A DNA stretch of 62,808 nucleotides, counting the filler, from Choristocarpus tenellus KU-1152 (taxonomy: Eukaryota > Protista > Phaeophyceae), in assembly GCA_964200185.2 (NCBI GenBank). It is 12 parts of 12 records of this genome, joined end to end, with 100 filler letters (N's around TTAATTAATTAA, not from the genome) between each part and the next. Parts side by side here need not be neighbours in the genome. Positions count along the whole stretch, not along the records: positions 36,249 to 40,742 come from CAXNAD020014304.1; positions 40,843 to 44,114 come from CAXNAD020021129.1; positions 44,215 to 49,942 come from CAXNAD020009896.1; positions 50,043 to 52,625 come from CAXNAD020026557.1; 8 more parts are not named here. One strand, 5' to 3'. Shown one piece after another: positions 39,186-51,997 of this stretch. Both the position numbers and the translations under genes were made by a program. A model generated the notes under the pieces. That model made no database searches. It worked only from the letters and a program-made list of their open reading frames with translations, and was not told the origin of the DNA. Every line of letters begins with the position of its first letter. Within the stretch, counting starts at the first letter, position 1.

Positions 39186-40467
39186 GTTGGTACATTGAAA
39201 ACAAGTTGTGTTGAAGTCTGACCAACATGGAAGGCAGTAGTACAACATAATAAAATAGGAAATAGGCTGTTACTTATTTAGGGATTTTTCGGACATGTGA
39301 ATAGTTTTCATTAGTTTCCCCCCAACACATTTACAAAATGTCAGCGGGGATAATAATATACTGTACTATAATAACGCAATAGCACTCAAACTCCAAACAA
39401 CTCAAAACGAAGAAAAAATAAGTTTATCAAAGGGTAGGAATTACTTGATTTGTATGTTATTGCGTGAGAGAGACCCAAAGAACTGGTGCTAGAAAAGTAT
39501 AATTTTTTCGATATATATATTTATATACATATTTACATATATTGGAACAAGTATGCACAATGTCGTAGGCGAGCTACGTGTGATAACGAGAGACAATAAT
39601 GGTAAGTTACTGATGGGTAGATGGATGGATGGATACTACTTGGTTCTATGGAGTATATATATATGTGAGCAAGACAGTACCAGTAACGTCATCATTACCA
39701 TGAACAAGTGTGGAAGGGTCTTTGCTGTTCTCATTGTTGATCGTTGTGAAAACAGGTACAACTGTAACAGCAACTGTCAAGTCAACACTACGACCGAAGT
39801 AGTAATGAAAAAAAAAAAACTACTATAAACCCGAACATACTGTGAGGGTAAATTTAAAATACAATAATAAATGTACAAAATATTTTCTTGTGGAAGTTTT
39901 TTTGGGAGAATAAACAACAACNNNNNNNNNNAACACTACGACCGAAGTAGTAAAGAAAAAAAAAAAAACTACTATAAACCCGAACATACTGTGAGGTCAA
40001 ATGAAAACTACAATAGTAACTGTACAGTTTATTTTCTTGTGTATGTATTTTTAGAAGTCTGAAACGTACTGTCAAAATTATCTCTGCAGGAGTTTCTTAT
40101 GGCAGATAACGCAACCACGCTCAATGTGACTGTGTCAACGCGTCCCATCCTTAAATATACCGATATATATACAATGTTGGACATCCTTCACAGTCAGAAA
40201 TCAATCAAACAGGGAAAGTGCAACCATTTGGGTGCATCACTGATTTTACTACCTCCGTGTCATAAGTCTGTGCCGCGTTGTCCATAACTTTTGAAGATGA
40301 TGAAATTCATTTCTGAAAGAAGATTTGGAATCCTTGACGAATTTCTGGTTAGGGTCAGTTCTTTTATTATTATTATTCCCCATCCATCATAATTTTATCT
40401 GCCACAGAAAAAGCATCCATGTCTACCTTCAACATGTTTTCAAGCTCAGAAGACAACTGCCTCTTCC

Positions 40468-40742
40468 TTACCCCTTTGTGGTCCACACTGAAGTCATTCC
40501 CCCCTTTGTATCTAAGTACTTGGTTGTACACCACACAAAGGAACTGCCAAGCCCTCTCAAGTGTGGTTTCACTATACTCTCATACTGTTTCTTAATGACT
40601 AGAACCATCTCCTCAATGGACCCAAACCGCTCCCCTATCACCTGGCATTTCAAAGACCTGAAGAAGCACAGGTCCATGATATAGGGGTCGAGGGAGTTAG
40701 ATGGCTGCGTCACAAGCCTAATCGACCACCCCTCAGTCTTCC
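40468..40742 (-). mobile_element. Mariner-like DD39D transposase C-terminal remnant
   Basis: TQPSNSLDPYIMDLCFFRSL...SIEEMV matches the QP.NSPD.N..DL.FFRS consensus. Confidence 0.7.
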
Positions 40743-40876
40743 NNNNNNNNNNNNNNNNNNNNNNNNNNNNNNNNNNNNNNNNNNNNTTAATTAATTAANN
40801 NNNNNNNNNNNNNNNNNNNNNNNNNNNNNNNNNNNNNNNNNNGTTGTGGTTGGATGGGCATGGGCGTGGTTCTCAC

Positions 40877-41257
40877 TTCGCCCACAGTATCGTCATAGGT
40901 GTTCCCTGGCACCTTGGACTCGTCACCGCTGCTGCCCACCGAATGGACGTTTTGGGACATACATGGGTCACTCCTGACAGGTGTGGACTCCAAGTCCCTA
41001 CCTAGCCACCCCCTCACGTCCTCCTGTGCAAAGTTCCTCTGGACAAACGGGTCGGTCCCCATTGCCTTCAGAGTCGTGTTCCAAGGGTGTGGTTGTACGC
41101 CTTCCCCCTTGTAGAGTCCTGCTTTTGTACAATGATGTAATTGCTTGCCTGTGTGTTCGTCACTGGTGTTCAGGGTAATGCCCTCAGAGTATTTGACAAT
41201 GTCCAGGTATTTTGTGTCCTCCTCCACATCCTCCCTCAACACGAGGTCCCTTTTCAC
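40877..41257 (-). CDS. Probable internal exon of an unknown protein
   Basis: ccgcag|GTG...GAA|gtgaga, 127 open codons (VKRDLVLREDVEEDTKYLDIV...). Confidence 0.45.
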
Positions 41258-41398
41258 CTGCGGATTTTATGGGGTTACATTAATGTGCGTGATCAGGGCG
41301 TCTATTGTGAGGTGTCTTGATACGAGCTCAAATACGGTGGACAGATGAGATGATGAACCTCACACTCCGTTTAGTGCCTCCTCGCTGAGGATGCGTTC

Positions 41399-42230
41399 CA
41401 TCAATTTCCAAAGCGCGGCAAGACTGTTGGGCGGGAGTGTGTGGATTTGAAACAGTAATCCTGAGCAGGAAAATAGTACGTCGAATCGCGAAAGTAAAAG
41501 ATGAAGATGAAAGGAATTTACGCGCCGAACCGGGTTAGATGTCGGGAGGGCAACCAGAGTGAAACTATCTTAGAGGGTACGAATTTTGCTCTGTTTGTCC
41601 ATTTGGGGCTTGGCTTCCCATGTTTTTTTTAATGGCATTTTCCTACTCCAAAAAGTTTAGGAGTAGGTAAAATGTATGTTATTATGAAAAGGTGTCCGAA
41701 ACACGGATATCGCCACTTCCTAATAGACACGATGGCCAAAATGACATCAAAATCGCAACATTGTATTTTGACCCCTAAATGGACGCGGCTCTACCCTCTA
41801 AGGTACTTTGGCTCACCATGCACAGGTTTGTGCTTGACATATGGCAGACAGTGATGAATTGATTTGATGTGTTCTGTCGAGCAGTAAAGGCCATCAATTT
41901 CCAAAGCGCGGCAAGACTGTTGGGGGTGTGTGTATCCATTTGAAATAAGAACAACCTGAGCAGGAAAATAATATGTTGAACCGTGAAAGTGAAAGATGAA
42001 GATGAAAGGGATTTATGCGCTGACCCGGGTTGGATGTCGGGAGGGCAATCATGCGCAGGTTTGTGCTTGACATATGGCAGATAGTAGTGAATGAATTTCA
42101 TGTGTTCTGTCGAACGGTAAAGGTCATCAAATTCCAAAGCGCGGTAAGACGGTTGGGGGGTGTGCATGTCGATTTGAAACAAGAATCCTGAGCAGGAAAA
42201 CATTACATCAAACCGTAGAAGTGAAAGCAT
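41399..42230. repeat. About 233-bp tandem repeat (about 2.5 units) interrupted by a MITE
   Basis: CATCAATTTCCAAAGCGCGG at about 41399, 41893 and 42126. Spacings are 494 (233 plus about 261) and 233. Confidence 0.85.
41557..41814. mobile_element. MITE family A (about 257 bp), TSD ACCA
   Basis: TIR GAGTGAAACTATCTTAGAGGGTA...TACCCTCTAAGGTACTTTGGCTC. ACCA on both sides; the empty site ATCA is in the neighbouring repeat unit near 42047. Confidence 0.9.
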
Positions 42231-42458
42231 GAATGCACCAGTTTGATACGTCAATGTCGATTTTGGAACGTACTTCTAAAGTACAAATTTGGTATGCTCT
42301 GTCGGTCGGTAGAAGCGATCAAATTCTAAGTTTAGGGTTAGCAGGGTTTTTGGTCTAAGAAACGCGCGCGTGATGATACCATCATGCGAGATGTATCGAG
42401 ACTGCATTGCAACGCGATACGAACCTTATCGGAAAGGTTCCAATGATATCGGAGACCT

Positions 42459-42724
42459 GAGTGAAAGTATCTTAGAAGGTACAACTTTTGCCCTGTTTGT
42501 CCATTTGGGGCTTGGCTTCCCTCAGGGTTTTTATGACATTTTCCTACTAAGTACTACAAAATATTTCTTAGTATTTAAAACGTATGCATTGTGAAAAGGT
42601 ATGTTCAGAACAAGGAATTTTGACACTTCCTAACAAACACAATAACCAAAATTACATCAAAATCGCAACATTGGATTTTGGCCCCCAAATGGACGCGGTT
42701 CTACCCTCTAAGAAACTTTGGCTC
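42459..42724. mobile_element. MITE family A, TSD CCT
   Basis: GAGTGAAAGTATCTTAGAAGGTA...TACCCTCTAAGAAACTTTGGCTC with CCT/CCT flanks. Confidence 0.85.
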
Positions 42725-43049
42725 CCTTATACGTGCGTATCGAAGGTGTCACCACGTCACACTAGACAGACGGATGTTGTGTGGTGCGTGTAATTGCATT
42801 GTGGAATCTTAATTTTATTTCGGATCAGTTGTCTGATTACTCCCAACATATGCAACTGCAACCCATGTTCCAATTTCGGAAAAAGTTCGGTCGAATTCAC
42901 TGTAATCAATTCAGATGATAGCTGCAGAATTGCAACTACGTCGACATGTTCGATGCAAGGTGAAATATGTCTCTTGGCGGATTGGGATTAGTGTTCGAAA
43001 TGTAGGCGATTTATTTTGGTTCGGGTTAGGGTGTTGGTATTATGGGTGC

Positions 43050-43303
43050 GGGTCGAAATTATCTTAGGGGTAGAGCCGCGTCCATTTGGCGGCCGAATTC
43101 AAATATTGCATTTTTGCTGTAATTCTTGCCATCATTTTTGTTCGGAGTTGTCAATGTTCTTTTTCCGGACACTCCTTTCCATACTGTACACATTGTACTT
43201 CTCCAAAACATTTTTGAGTAAGTAGAATGTCGTTGGAAACCCGTGGGTAGCCAAGCCCCAAAGAACAACCAGCGAAAAACTCGTACCCTCTAAGATAATT
43301 AGG
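43050..43303. mobile_element. MITE family A, reverse orientation, diverged
   Basis: ATCTTAGGGGTAGAGCCGCGTCCATTTGG...CTCGTACCCTCTAAGATA. Confidence 0.75.
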
Positions 43304-43404
43304 CAACATTAACTTCGGGGCTTATATTGTCAGCGACTGGGGTGGCAGAATACGGTTTATGAAGGGTTTCGATCAAATACAATATAGATGCGACGGTCCT
43401 GATT

Positions 43405-44085
43405 TTGATAATACCACTATTGACAGCTGGTGTGTACACGGTGGAAAAGGTAATGAGTATAGGGCATCGAATTTGAAAATGTTGGTGACACCGCCATCTG
43501 CAGCTGGTGAGTACACAGTTATAAAGGTAACAAATACAGGGCATCGAATTTGAAAATGTTGGTATTACCACTGCTGACAGCTGGTGTGTACACGGTTGAG
43601 TGAAAGTATCTTAGAGGGTACAAGTTTTGCCCTGTTTGTCCGTTTGGGACTTGGCTTTCCTCAGGGGTTTTTATGAATTTTCCAACTCCAAAATATTTCG
43701 GAGTAGGTAAAATGTATAAATTATGAAAAGGTATGTCTGGAATAAGGATATTGACACTTCCTAACAAATACGGTAGCCAAAATTACATCAAATTACATCG
43801 TTGGATTTTGGCCCCCAAATGGACGCGGCTCTACCCTCTATGATACTTTGACTCGGTTGTCAAGGTAATAAATACACGGCATCGAATTTGAAAATGTTGG
43901 TGATACCACCATTGACAGCTGGTGTATACACAGTTGTAAAGGTAGTAAATACAGGGCATCGAATTTGAAAACGTTGGTGACACCACTATTGACAGCTGTT
44001 GTGTACACGGTTGTAAAGGTAACAAATTCGGGGCATCAAATTTGAAAATGTTGGTGTTACCACTGCTGACAGCTGGTGTGCACAC
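43405..44085. repeat. 77-bp tandem repeat (about 6 units) interrupted by a MITE
   Basis: CAGCTG at 43424, 43501, 43578, 43916, 43993 and 44070. The period is 77; the single interval of 338 equals 77 plus 261. Confidence 0.92.
43598..43854. mobile_element. MITE family A (257 bp), TSD GGTT
   Basis: GAGTGAAAGTATCTTAGAGGGTA...TACCCTCTATGATACTTTGACTC with GGTT/GGTT flanks. The empty site ACACGGTTGTAAAGG occurs in a sister 77-bp unit. Confidence 0.92.
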
Positions 44086-44227
44086 TAACCCAAGACGTAA
44101 AGTATCTGGGGGGGNNNNNNNNNNNNNNNNNNNNNNNNNNNNNNNNNNNNNNNNNNNNTTAATTAATTAANNNNNNNNNNNNNNNNNNNNNNNNNNNNNN
44201 NNNNNNNNNNNNNNAGATTTCGATGGT

Positions 44228-44485
44228 GAGTCAAAGTATCTTAGAGGGTACGAGTTTTTCCCTGTTTGTCCATTTGGAGCTTGGCTTCCCACGGGTTCTA
44301 ATGACATATTACCTACCCCAAAACCATTTCTGTGTAGGTAAAATATATATGTTATGAAAAGGTGTGTCTGGAACAAGGATATTGACATCTCCTAATAACA
44401 CAATAGCCATAATTACATCAAAGTCTCAACATTAGATTTTCGCCCCCTAACGGACGCGACTCTTCCCTCTAAGATACTTTTACTA
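44228..44485. mobile_element. MITE family A
   Basis: GAGTCAAAGTATCTTAGAGGGTA...CCCTCTAAGATACTTT. Confidence 0.85.
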
Positions 44486-47407
44486 TGTTCGCAAAAAATG
44501 TGGGCCCCCTGTTGCCAGACCACCCACTCCAAATGACGATAAGTTCCCACAATGGCAAACACCTCCTTATCCACCGTGGCCCGGAAAGAACTACTCAGGA
44601 ATCCCAGTGACAAATGGCTCATGCTTTCCACTGCCACGCCTCCATTCAGCTCCACCTGAGGGATCTGTGTAACAAAATCGCCCCAGTACTTGTCAGAGGC
44701 GTCTGGAGACATCGGCACAGTACACTCTTCCCTGGGGTGTGAGAGCTCCACCGCCCGTGAGACAATGTTCACCGCGCTGAAATCCGTCACCAGTCAGTAG
44801 CCCCGCCCCTCAGGCTCGGACAAAGACAATGATAGGTTACTCCATACATCCTGTGGGGTCGACCTCAGCATCCCCAGTACGACCAGTAGGCCTGCAAATT
44901 CTGTTATCTAGCTGTGTCACTCTGGATGGGACCCCATGGGTCTGGCCTTCACATGAGTCGCCCCTTCGTTCAGCACCACCTGTAAGGACTCCACCTTGGC
45001 AGGTGGGTCACGCCCCAAGAATGCCTGGAACACATTGGTCCAGGTTGCTATCACTTGTTGTAGGCACCCCCAGGCACCCAAGGGCATCCCGGACCGTTGT
45101 GCCTCTTGTAGGGAGGTTTCTAAGGCCAAGGCTCGCTTTTTTTCCTCCTCTGCAGGGTCCATCATGAGGTCAGGGTCTTGCCCCAGTAGTGTAGAGACGG
45201 AGTCCTCGCCTCTGTCCAGATGAGCAGTCCCCATGCTCTTCTCCATCTCCTCCACGCTAACACTCATACACCACATAGAAGTAGTATCTTGTTCCAGACC
45301 AGCAATGTGCAGTTCTGTCTTCCTTCGGGCCGCCTCCTCAAGGATTGCATCATGTCAAAGCCTAACACGTCCCGCAATGTCTTGCTGCCCACAATTAACA
45401 CATCATCATTGCGTGGTATAACTGCCAAGACGAGATTTCGCACCAACACAGGCCCATAGCCTGAGTGGAGTGCCACATTATAGGGACGAGTCACGTTCCC
45501 TATGGACTCGGATAAATCATTTGCTACCTTTATGGGGAAGGGCTGGTGGAGGAGCTTCGTTATCGCTGCTCAACCAAAAAGCTGCTGAATTTTTAGCACC
45601 AGGGTCTCAAATATGCCTGTGATCCCTGACCCTGGTACCATCAGGACCTTTATACTGAAAGGCAGCTTCCAGTGCATGTTGACCCCCACTGGTGTTGCAT
45701 CTGCTGTATCATGGTAGCTCAACCTTTCTACATCCACCCACCCCTTCCGTCTCTAGGGACATATCCTCATGAGTGCCCTGGATTTTTCGCAGGCCAAGTA
45801 TCGCCTGCGTAAGGAGAAATGTTGGGATCCAGGCTTAGCGGCAGCAGAGGCATCCCATGATCAACATCATCAGGAACCATCTCATCGACCCTCACTGTCC
45901 TGCCACTCGTATTCCCACCACCAGTGCCTTGTCCGCACTCGGTACCAGGCTGTGGAGCTAGCTCCTGGAGGCTCCTTCTACCTTGGGCTGCACCTAGACG
46001 GCTTGTTTCTCCCCCTACACCTGAGGGTTGCTGTCTGGCACCCCCAAGTTGTTGTCTTTGCTCTGGTCTACACCCCCCCCCAAGGTCTGTACCTCTACCA
46101 CGATGCCGTGGGTGCCTCTGCTGCTGATGTTGCTGCTCCTTCCGGACTCCAACCATGTTTATACCCAACTTTACCACATGCATCGCAAGTCCCTTGGAAC
46201 TTGTTCTTCCTCACACTCAGTTCACTACCAGGTGTGCCTTCCCCTGGGTTGCCATTCGTCTCCCCGGACTTAGGCTTCCCCTCTTGGTGTTTACCACCAG
46301 ATTCACCTTGCTTGGTTCGTTTCGTTTCGTAATCCCGGGCCCTCTAATACATTCTCCCATTTTCGACTTCCTCCTTTACCAGCTCAAAGATCTGGTCTGG
46401 ATCCTTTTTGAGGAGTAGGATCCCAAGCTACATACTTAGAAACTTCAGCCTTAAACGCAGGGGGGTTTAGTCCTGCAATAAAGGCCTCTGAGAGTACCTT
46501 TCCCAGCCCTGCCTTCCAAGTCTCCCCTACTTGTCCAGCATTATTTCTGAAAGCACTATCCAGATTATATTCTTTCAGATAACCCTCGATGTCCAGGATC
46601 ACACCTGTGACCCTATCAGCATTGGACCCTTCGTTTCTCATCCGGACCACCCTCTGTAAATCCCATGGATTTGCCCACGAACGTTCTACTTTCGTCATTG
46701 ACTCTCGCCACCTTCTTAAGTGCTTTAAGGAGTTGCTCCTCGGTCATTGCAGCGCAATTGCTTTATAGTTCGCCCCGCACCAGTACTTGTCTCTGAGCAA
46801 CGGTTAAGGACTCAGATAGCGTCATAAATGCAATTTGTACACCTTCTTTAGAGTGTTGCATCCTAACGTCCATCTTGTATTCGCGTCGAGCTGTCAGAAA
46901 CTCCCTCATCTCCTTCTCAGCAAGTCTCTCAACCCGTGAAGGTTGAATATGCTGCACTATCTGCAATTTAGATCAATTGGTCTCACGCAACCCCACCCAG
47001 GCTGCGCCAGATCCATCTCCGTCGTTCATTGCCATATTGGACCCTTTCAAAGGAGTAGCTATGCTTGTTTCTTCCCGGTTGTGTGCATGCCAAGCTCCAG
47101 CAAGGTCCCACGATCACTTGATGGCCTTCCCCATCCAATTCTAGTGCCGTGCTCGATCCTATGTTCAGGTCTCGAGAATTCAATTGAATTGTAGACAGTT
47201 CAACCACAGCAACTGGTCCGTGATAGCTTGTAAGGACTCCACCTCACGTCGGGGTTTACAGCTCTCTGTTATTTGTTAATCGAGTGAGCATAGGTCCAGT
47301 CAAGGACCGCTTATGCTCCAAACATCAAATATTACAAGTGCCTCAGATACGTTATGAAACCCCTCCATGCTGTGTCTACAGACCCCTAGGCTTCCTGATA
47401 TGTAGCA
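44486..47407 (-). mobile_element. Degenerate Ty3/Gypsy LTR retrotransposon (gag, protease, deleted RT, RNase H)
   Basis: Gag-like 46384-46966; protease region about 45264-45660; VKARP and VTDFSAVN at the RT start; RNase H motifs ELSHP...PDASDKYWG...LGFLS...ATVDKEVFAIV. Possible LTR start TGCTACA at 47407. Confidence 0.85.
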
Positions 47408-47985
47408 ATATTTTCTGCAGCCTAATATTTTCCTCGTCTGTGTGCGGATTATAGAAGTGGTCCCCTAGCTTCTTCCACACCTCAGAAGGTGAAGTTGCAC
47501 TGCGGACAATTTATCTGTAGTAACCATTGGTGCTCCTCAACAGGATATCAAAAGCCTTGTTGGCCTTGACGACCTCTCTTCCACTCACTACTTCCTCTTT
47601 CGTGAAATTGATGTTACCCGTAGAAATAAGTTATTCTACAGAGCTTGATCGATATTGCTTCTCATACCCAAGAAGGCACGCATCATAGCGAACCAGTCTG
47701 CATAATTGTCATCTCACAATTGAAGGAGTTTATTTTGGGAACCATATCAGAGGCTGTGAGTGTGGTAAGCCTACCCATGCCACTCCAGACCTAGCTGCGC
47801 CTCCTCTGGCTAGAGCATGTTTGATAGCACTTAAGCAAGTTGAAGAGTTTTTTTTTTTAAAGGGTCGTCGCCAATAGCTGCTGCTAGGTTATGTGTTTAG
47901 CATACACATTAAACGAAGCCTGAGTCATCACACCATCATGTATGATAGTGTCAAATCCCGCTTGCAGCAGATAGGTTTTGTCACT

Positions 47986-48241
47986 GAGTCAAACTAGACC
48001 AGAGGTACCCAGAGTTTCATTTTAAGGATGACAGCAGATAGGTGCAAAAATTCGGCTTCTGTACAAATGCACATAGAATTTTCCAAATTGTGTCAAACGT
48101 TTTCAAACAATAGAGAAATCTACCCTCACAAGTCAATCTTAGCACTTTATTCATATTGATATGGGTGAACTGTGAAAGATTGAAAAAACGACTTTTAATG
48201 CAAAACGGCCAAAAACTGGGAACATCTCGCTACTTTGGTTC
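47986..48241. mobile_element. MITE family C copy
   Basis: GAGTCAAACTAG...CTACTTTGGTTC with ACT/GCT flanks. The body resembles the 35446 copy. Confidence 0.7.
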
Positions 48242-48589
48242 GCTACACAAGTGGCTCTCTCTAGATGTGTTAAGCATTTCGGGCTGGAAGGACCAAGCAG
48301 ATGGGCAAGGAATGGCCTGTCATATTCTTGGGAGGCCTCACTCACTCCTCACCCAGTTGTGTAGGGATAAGTTAGAATGGAAGTATAGCAGCAATGTACA
48401 CATAACATTGTGATTGCCAAGCCTTAAGGAGCTTTCGCGTGATATTCAAATGGAAAATATATTTTAGAGACGTATCTTTCACATTTTCGAAAACTGGATA
48501 TGACTATTACAAAAATCCTTGTGATATTGGTTTGGCTTTTTACCTGCCACATCTGGTTAATGTCAGTGGGCAGAATAATATATGCTAGG

Positions 48590-49160
48590 TCCTTCTACTA
48601 GATGTTACGTTCGTGGAAGTGCAGGCAACTTCCCACCTCCCACACTCATCCACCGGCCATGGTGTAGCTGCTGCTGCAGCTGAGGCGCGAAAGCTCTTTT
48701 GACCCTCATAGTTGTAACCTCAACACCTTCGCGATGGAACATTTTGGGCGCCTCAGCAAGCAAGTGGAACGTTTTCTGGTTGAGCTTGCTACACACGCGG
48801 TACGGAGGAGAGGAACTGGAGGCTACTGCAGAAAAGGGACCGTCAAATCCCGTCTACGCCAGATTTTGTCAGTCCCAACGCAAGTAATCCTATCTAGACG
48901 GGCCATTCGTTTTATACTGGAGTCACCAGGGAGATGAGCAAGGATGGGCTTGATAGATTCTTAGGATGCTTCCCTAGCTCCTTCTTAGCATCCTTAGGTG
49001 CAGGAATGGGTTAGAGACACAGGAAATAGGTTAAAACATTTTTCACATTTGTGACAACTGTTACTTGTTTAGGGATTTTTGGGACGTGTGAATAGTTTTC
49101 ATTAGCTTTTCCCCTGGCACATCTGCAAAATGTCAGAGGGCATATTTATTTATATATATA
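48590..49160 (+). mobile_element. 3' end of an RLE-type (CRE-like) non-LTR retrotransposon
   Basis: LLLDVTFVEVQATSHL...GVAAAAAEARK, then FAMEHFGRLSKQVERFLVELATH...RLRQILSVPTQV, a 3' UTR and an AT-rich tail. A second copy is at 59915-60522. Confidence 0.75.
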
Positions 49161-49559
49161 CTGATATACTTCTATTTTGTACCGAAAATTACGTATACAC
49201 CAATACTGCTATGCTGTAGTGAACCTTACATAAACTTGTACAATAATATATTTAATGCCCGCTGAAATTAACTAGAAATGTCAGGGAAAGAGACAAATCA
49301 ATATCGTGAGGATCTTTGTAAACGTAACAGGCAGTTGTCGAAAACGTGAAAGATATCTCTCTTGATCTATTTTCTGTGTAGATGAAACTGTCACTCTGTT
49401 TTATATGCTTGTATCAGCTCACACAACGCAAGTTTAACACTAGTTATTACAAGATGTTTCCCGTAGAGTATATGGGACGGAAGCACCGAAGTGGTGCTTT
49501 CAGGATTTTGGAAGTTGAATTTTGGTATACAACAGAGACTGGGTGTGAAGCAAAACAAT

Positions 49560-49720
49560 CTTAACATCTTCAAGTTGATACAATCTGTGTACGACCATAC
49601 TTCACTCCTCTATAGAATAGGAGTACTTGCACCACATAAAACCAAGATCCGCAATCGACTTACCGTCGAACGTTTGGGAGCAAAGATGCGGGTGTTGCTT
49701 GCTCACCATTATGAAATCAA
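49560..49720 (+). mobile_element. Possible hAT transposase C-terminal (dimerisation) remnant
   Basis: HKTKIRNRLTVERLGAKMRV resembles the hAT KT..RNRL....L...M motif. Confidence 0.35.
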
Positions 49721-50042
49721 GGGTGTCAGGGTGGGAGCAGAGGGAGGGTAGAATCGTGTGAGGCTCATAACAAGTTGAAACCTGAGATTGAATTAATCGT
49801 GCTTTCTTGTGCAGTGACAGACTCGTAGAGAAGGGGTGTGGTAGTGCAGTGAAGCACTGACGAATTCGTTCTGACAAACCTAGTGACATGCTGTGCACAA
49901 TCGAAGGATATTTGGTACAAAGTTGTGGGTATTCCTTGACACNNNNNNNNNNNNNNNNNNNNNNNNNNNNNNNNNNNNNNNNNNNNTTAATTAATTAANN
50001 NNNNNNNNNNNNNNNNNNNNNNNNNNNNNNNNNNNNNNNNNN

Positions 50043-51966
50043 CCATCCCCATCCCCATCCCCATCCTGCTCAAAGTCTTCGGCTTCCGGGTCCCTATTTC
50101 CCCCTTCATCCTCTCCAGCCCGATCAGAAGTCTCTTCCTCCCCCTCCTCCTCCTCCCCCTCCCCCTCCTCCCCCCCACCCTCCCCTTCCCCCTTCACCTC
50201 TACAAATGCCATGGAAGGCGTGGTACTATCTCCAGACACCCCCTTAACACTCAAGTCCACATTCGCACCAACACTACCGCCCTTCCTAGATAAAACGCCC
50301 CCCTTACTCTTCTTATCTAAACCCCCTGCAGCAGGCACCCTTCCAACCGCCTTCTCCTTAACTTCCTTTCCCCTCACTGACGCCCCTGTGATACTTATAT
50401 CCTTTGTTCCCCCTGCGTCATGTACATTGCTATTCTGGTGAAAATTGCCCTGAGGTGAAAACATGAGCAATGCGGAATCCAAATCATCTCCGTTCTCATC
50501 TAACCCTGCCTCAAACTTGGAAACAAGGTCCAGCTGCTTTTCAGCAACCTCATCATCTGAGAAGTTGGCCACAGCGTCATCCCCAAGGATCTTTCTCGCT
50601 GCATCATCGTAGGCCACAGCAGCCTGAACCTCTGTGTCAAACGCCCCTAGGTGAGTCTTCGTGCCGTCCACACTTTTTTATTTTAATATTGTTTTAAGAA
50701 CACAAAAAAACAGAGGGTTAGGGATGGGGATAGGGTTTTTGAGGGTCGAGATTATTATTATTTTGTACTGTAGGATGGGGTCTTACCGATCACTGCACTC
50801 CAATGCTCCAATACGAACACAAACATAAATAATAAAATAAAAATAAAAATAAAATAATAATAGTAACAAAAATAAAATAATACTGCAGAACCGCTCCAAT
50901 CCCGTATGTGATTGAGAGGACCGAACAGGAGATACACACATACCATAAACTGTACATATTCATGTTGATATTAGTATACATAAGACATACAAGAAAAATG
51001 ATCTGTGTCATGATAACCTGTAAACCCACAAAAAAATATCAGCCAATCAGGACTTTGATGATGTAAAAGGACGGCTCAGCGAACGGTTATCCCAACTAAC
51101 AAAAGGTTAACTAACAGGTCAAAGATCAGCAATGTATCACACCAGACACTCTTAGAGGTAGCAACAAGCAGACAAAAGCCTAACTACTGTACACATCACA
51201 TGATTGGTCTATAAATATAACTACTGTATAGAGGGAGGGGATCAGAGGAGGGGAAAAGAATCATCCAACACACAGAGGAATTTCTCCCATATACTCAACA
51301 ACATACAATTGACAGAGTCAACCAAGTGTTTGAGAGGGAGGGGTATGGGTGGTTATAGTCCTAGAGTTGTTGTCCTAGAGTTGACTGACTCTTTGTGCGA
51401 TTCCTAGATGTACTCGTAACATTGATGTTAATCTCATCCTGTTCATCAAGAAATTTGGCCATTCCACTATTGTTTTGTTTTGTGTTGTGTGTATGTGTGT
51501 GTGCGTGCGAGAGAGAGAGAGTAGGAAATCCTCAGAGTGATGATGAGAAAAAGATGATCCAGTAAATGTTTGGGAGGGATAGGAAGAAGGGGAAGGGCCA
51601 AGAACAGTAGAGACCATTCATTCTACACCTCACATATAAACTCAGAACACACAAGGGTGTACCTTATTTGGGCAATCCACTTGCTACCATTGGCACTTAC
51701 GCCATGGTATGTGGAACTCCTGTGCCAGGGGAGTGTGAGACTGTTCCCCTCACCATTGACATCAGGTCGCCTAAACCATCACCATCACCATCATGGACAC
51801 ACCAGAGGAGAAGAGAGGTGGAAGAGGGGGGTGATACAGTGACAAGGAATACAAATATTGCTCTTACTCACTGAAATCACTACATCACAGATATCACATA
51901 AAAAAGAAGTAACTGCATCATCGGCAACCTAAAACACAAGTATAGTATTTAATAATACTAAAAAAA

Positions 51967-51997
<31 letters not shown>

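Noticed and set aside
39783-39996. About 65-bp direct repeat flanking a 10-N gap
   Set aside because: Most likely an assembly overlap or haplotype duplication around the gap.
43405-44085. 77-bp array as a CRISPR or tRNA array
   Set aside because: The whole unit is conserved with no spacers, and no cloverleaf or A/B boxes were recognised.
45769-46332. 187-aa plus-strand ORF
   Set aside because: It is the antisense shadow of the Gypsy gag region.
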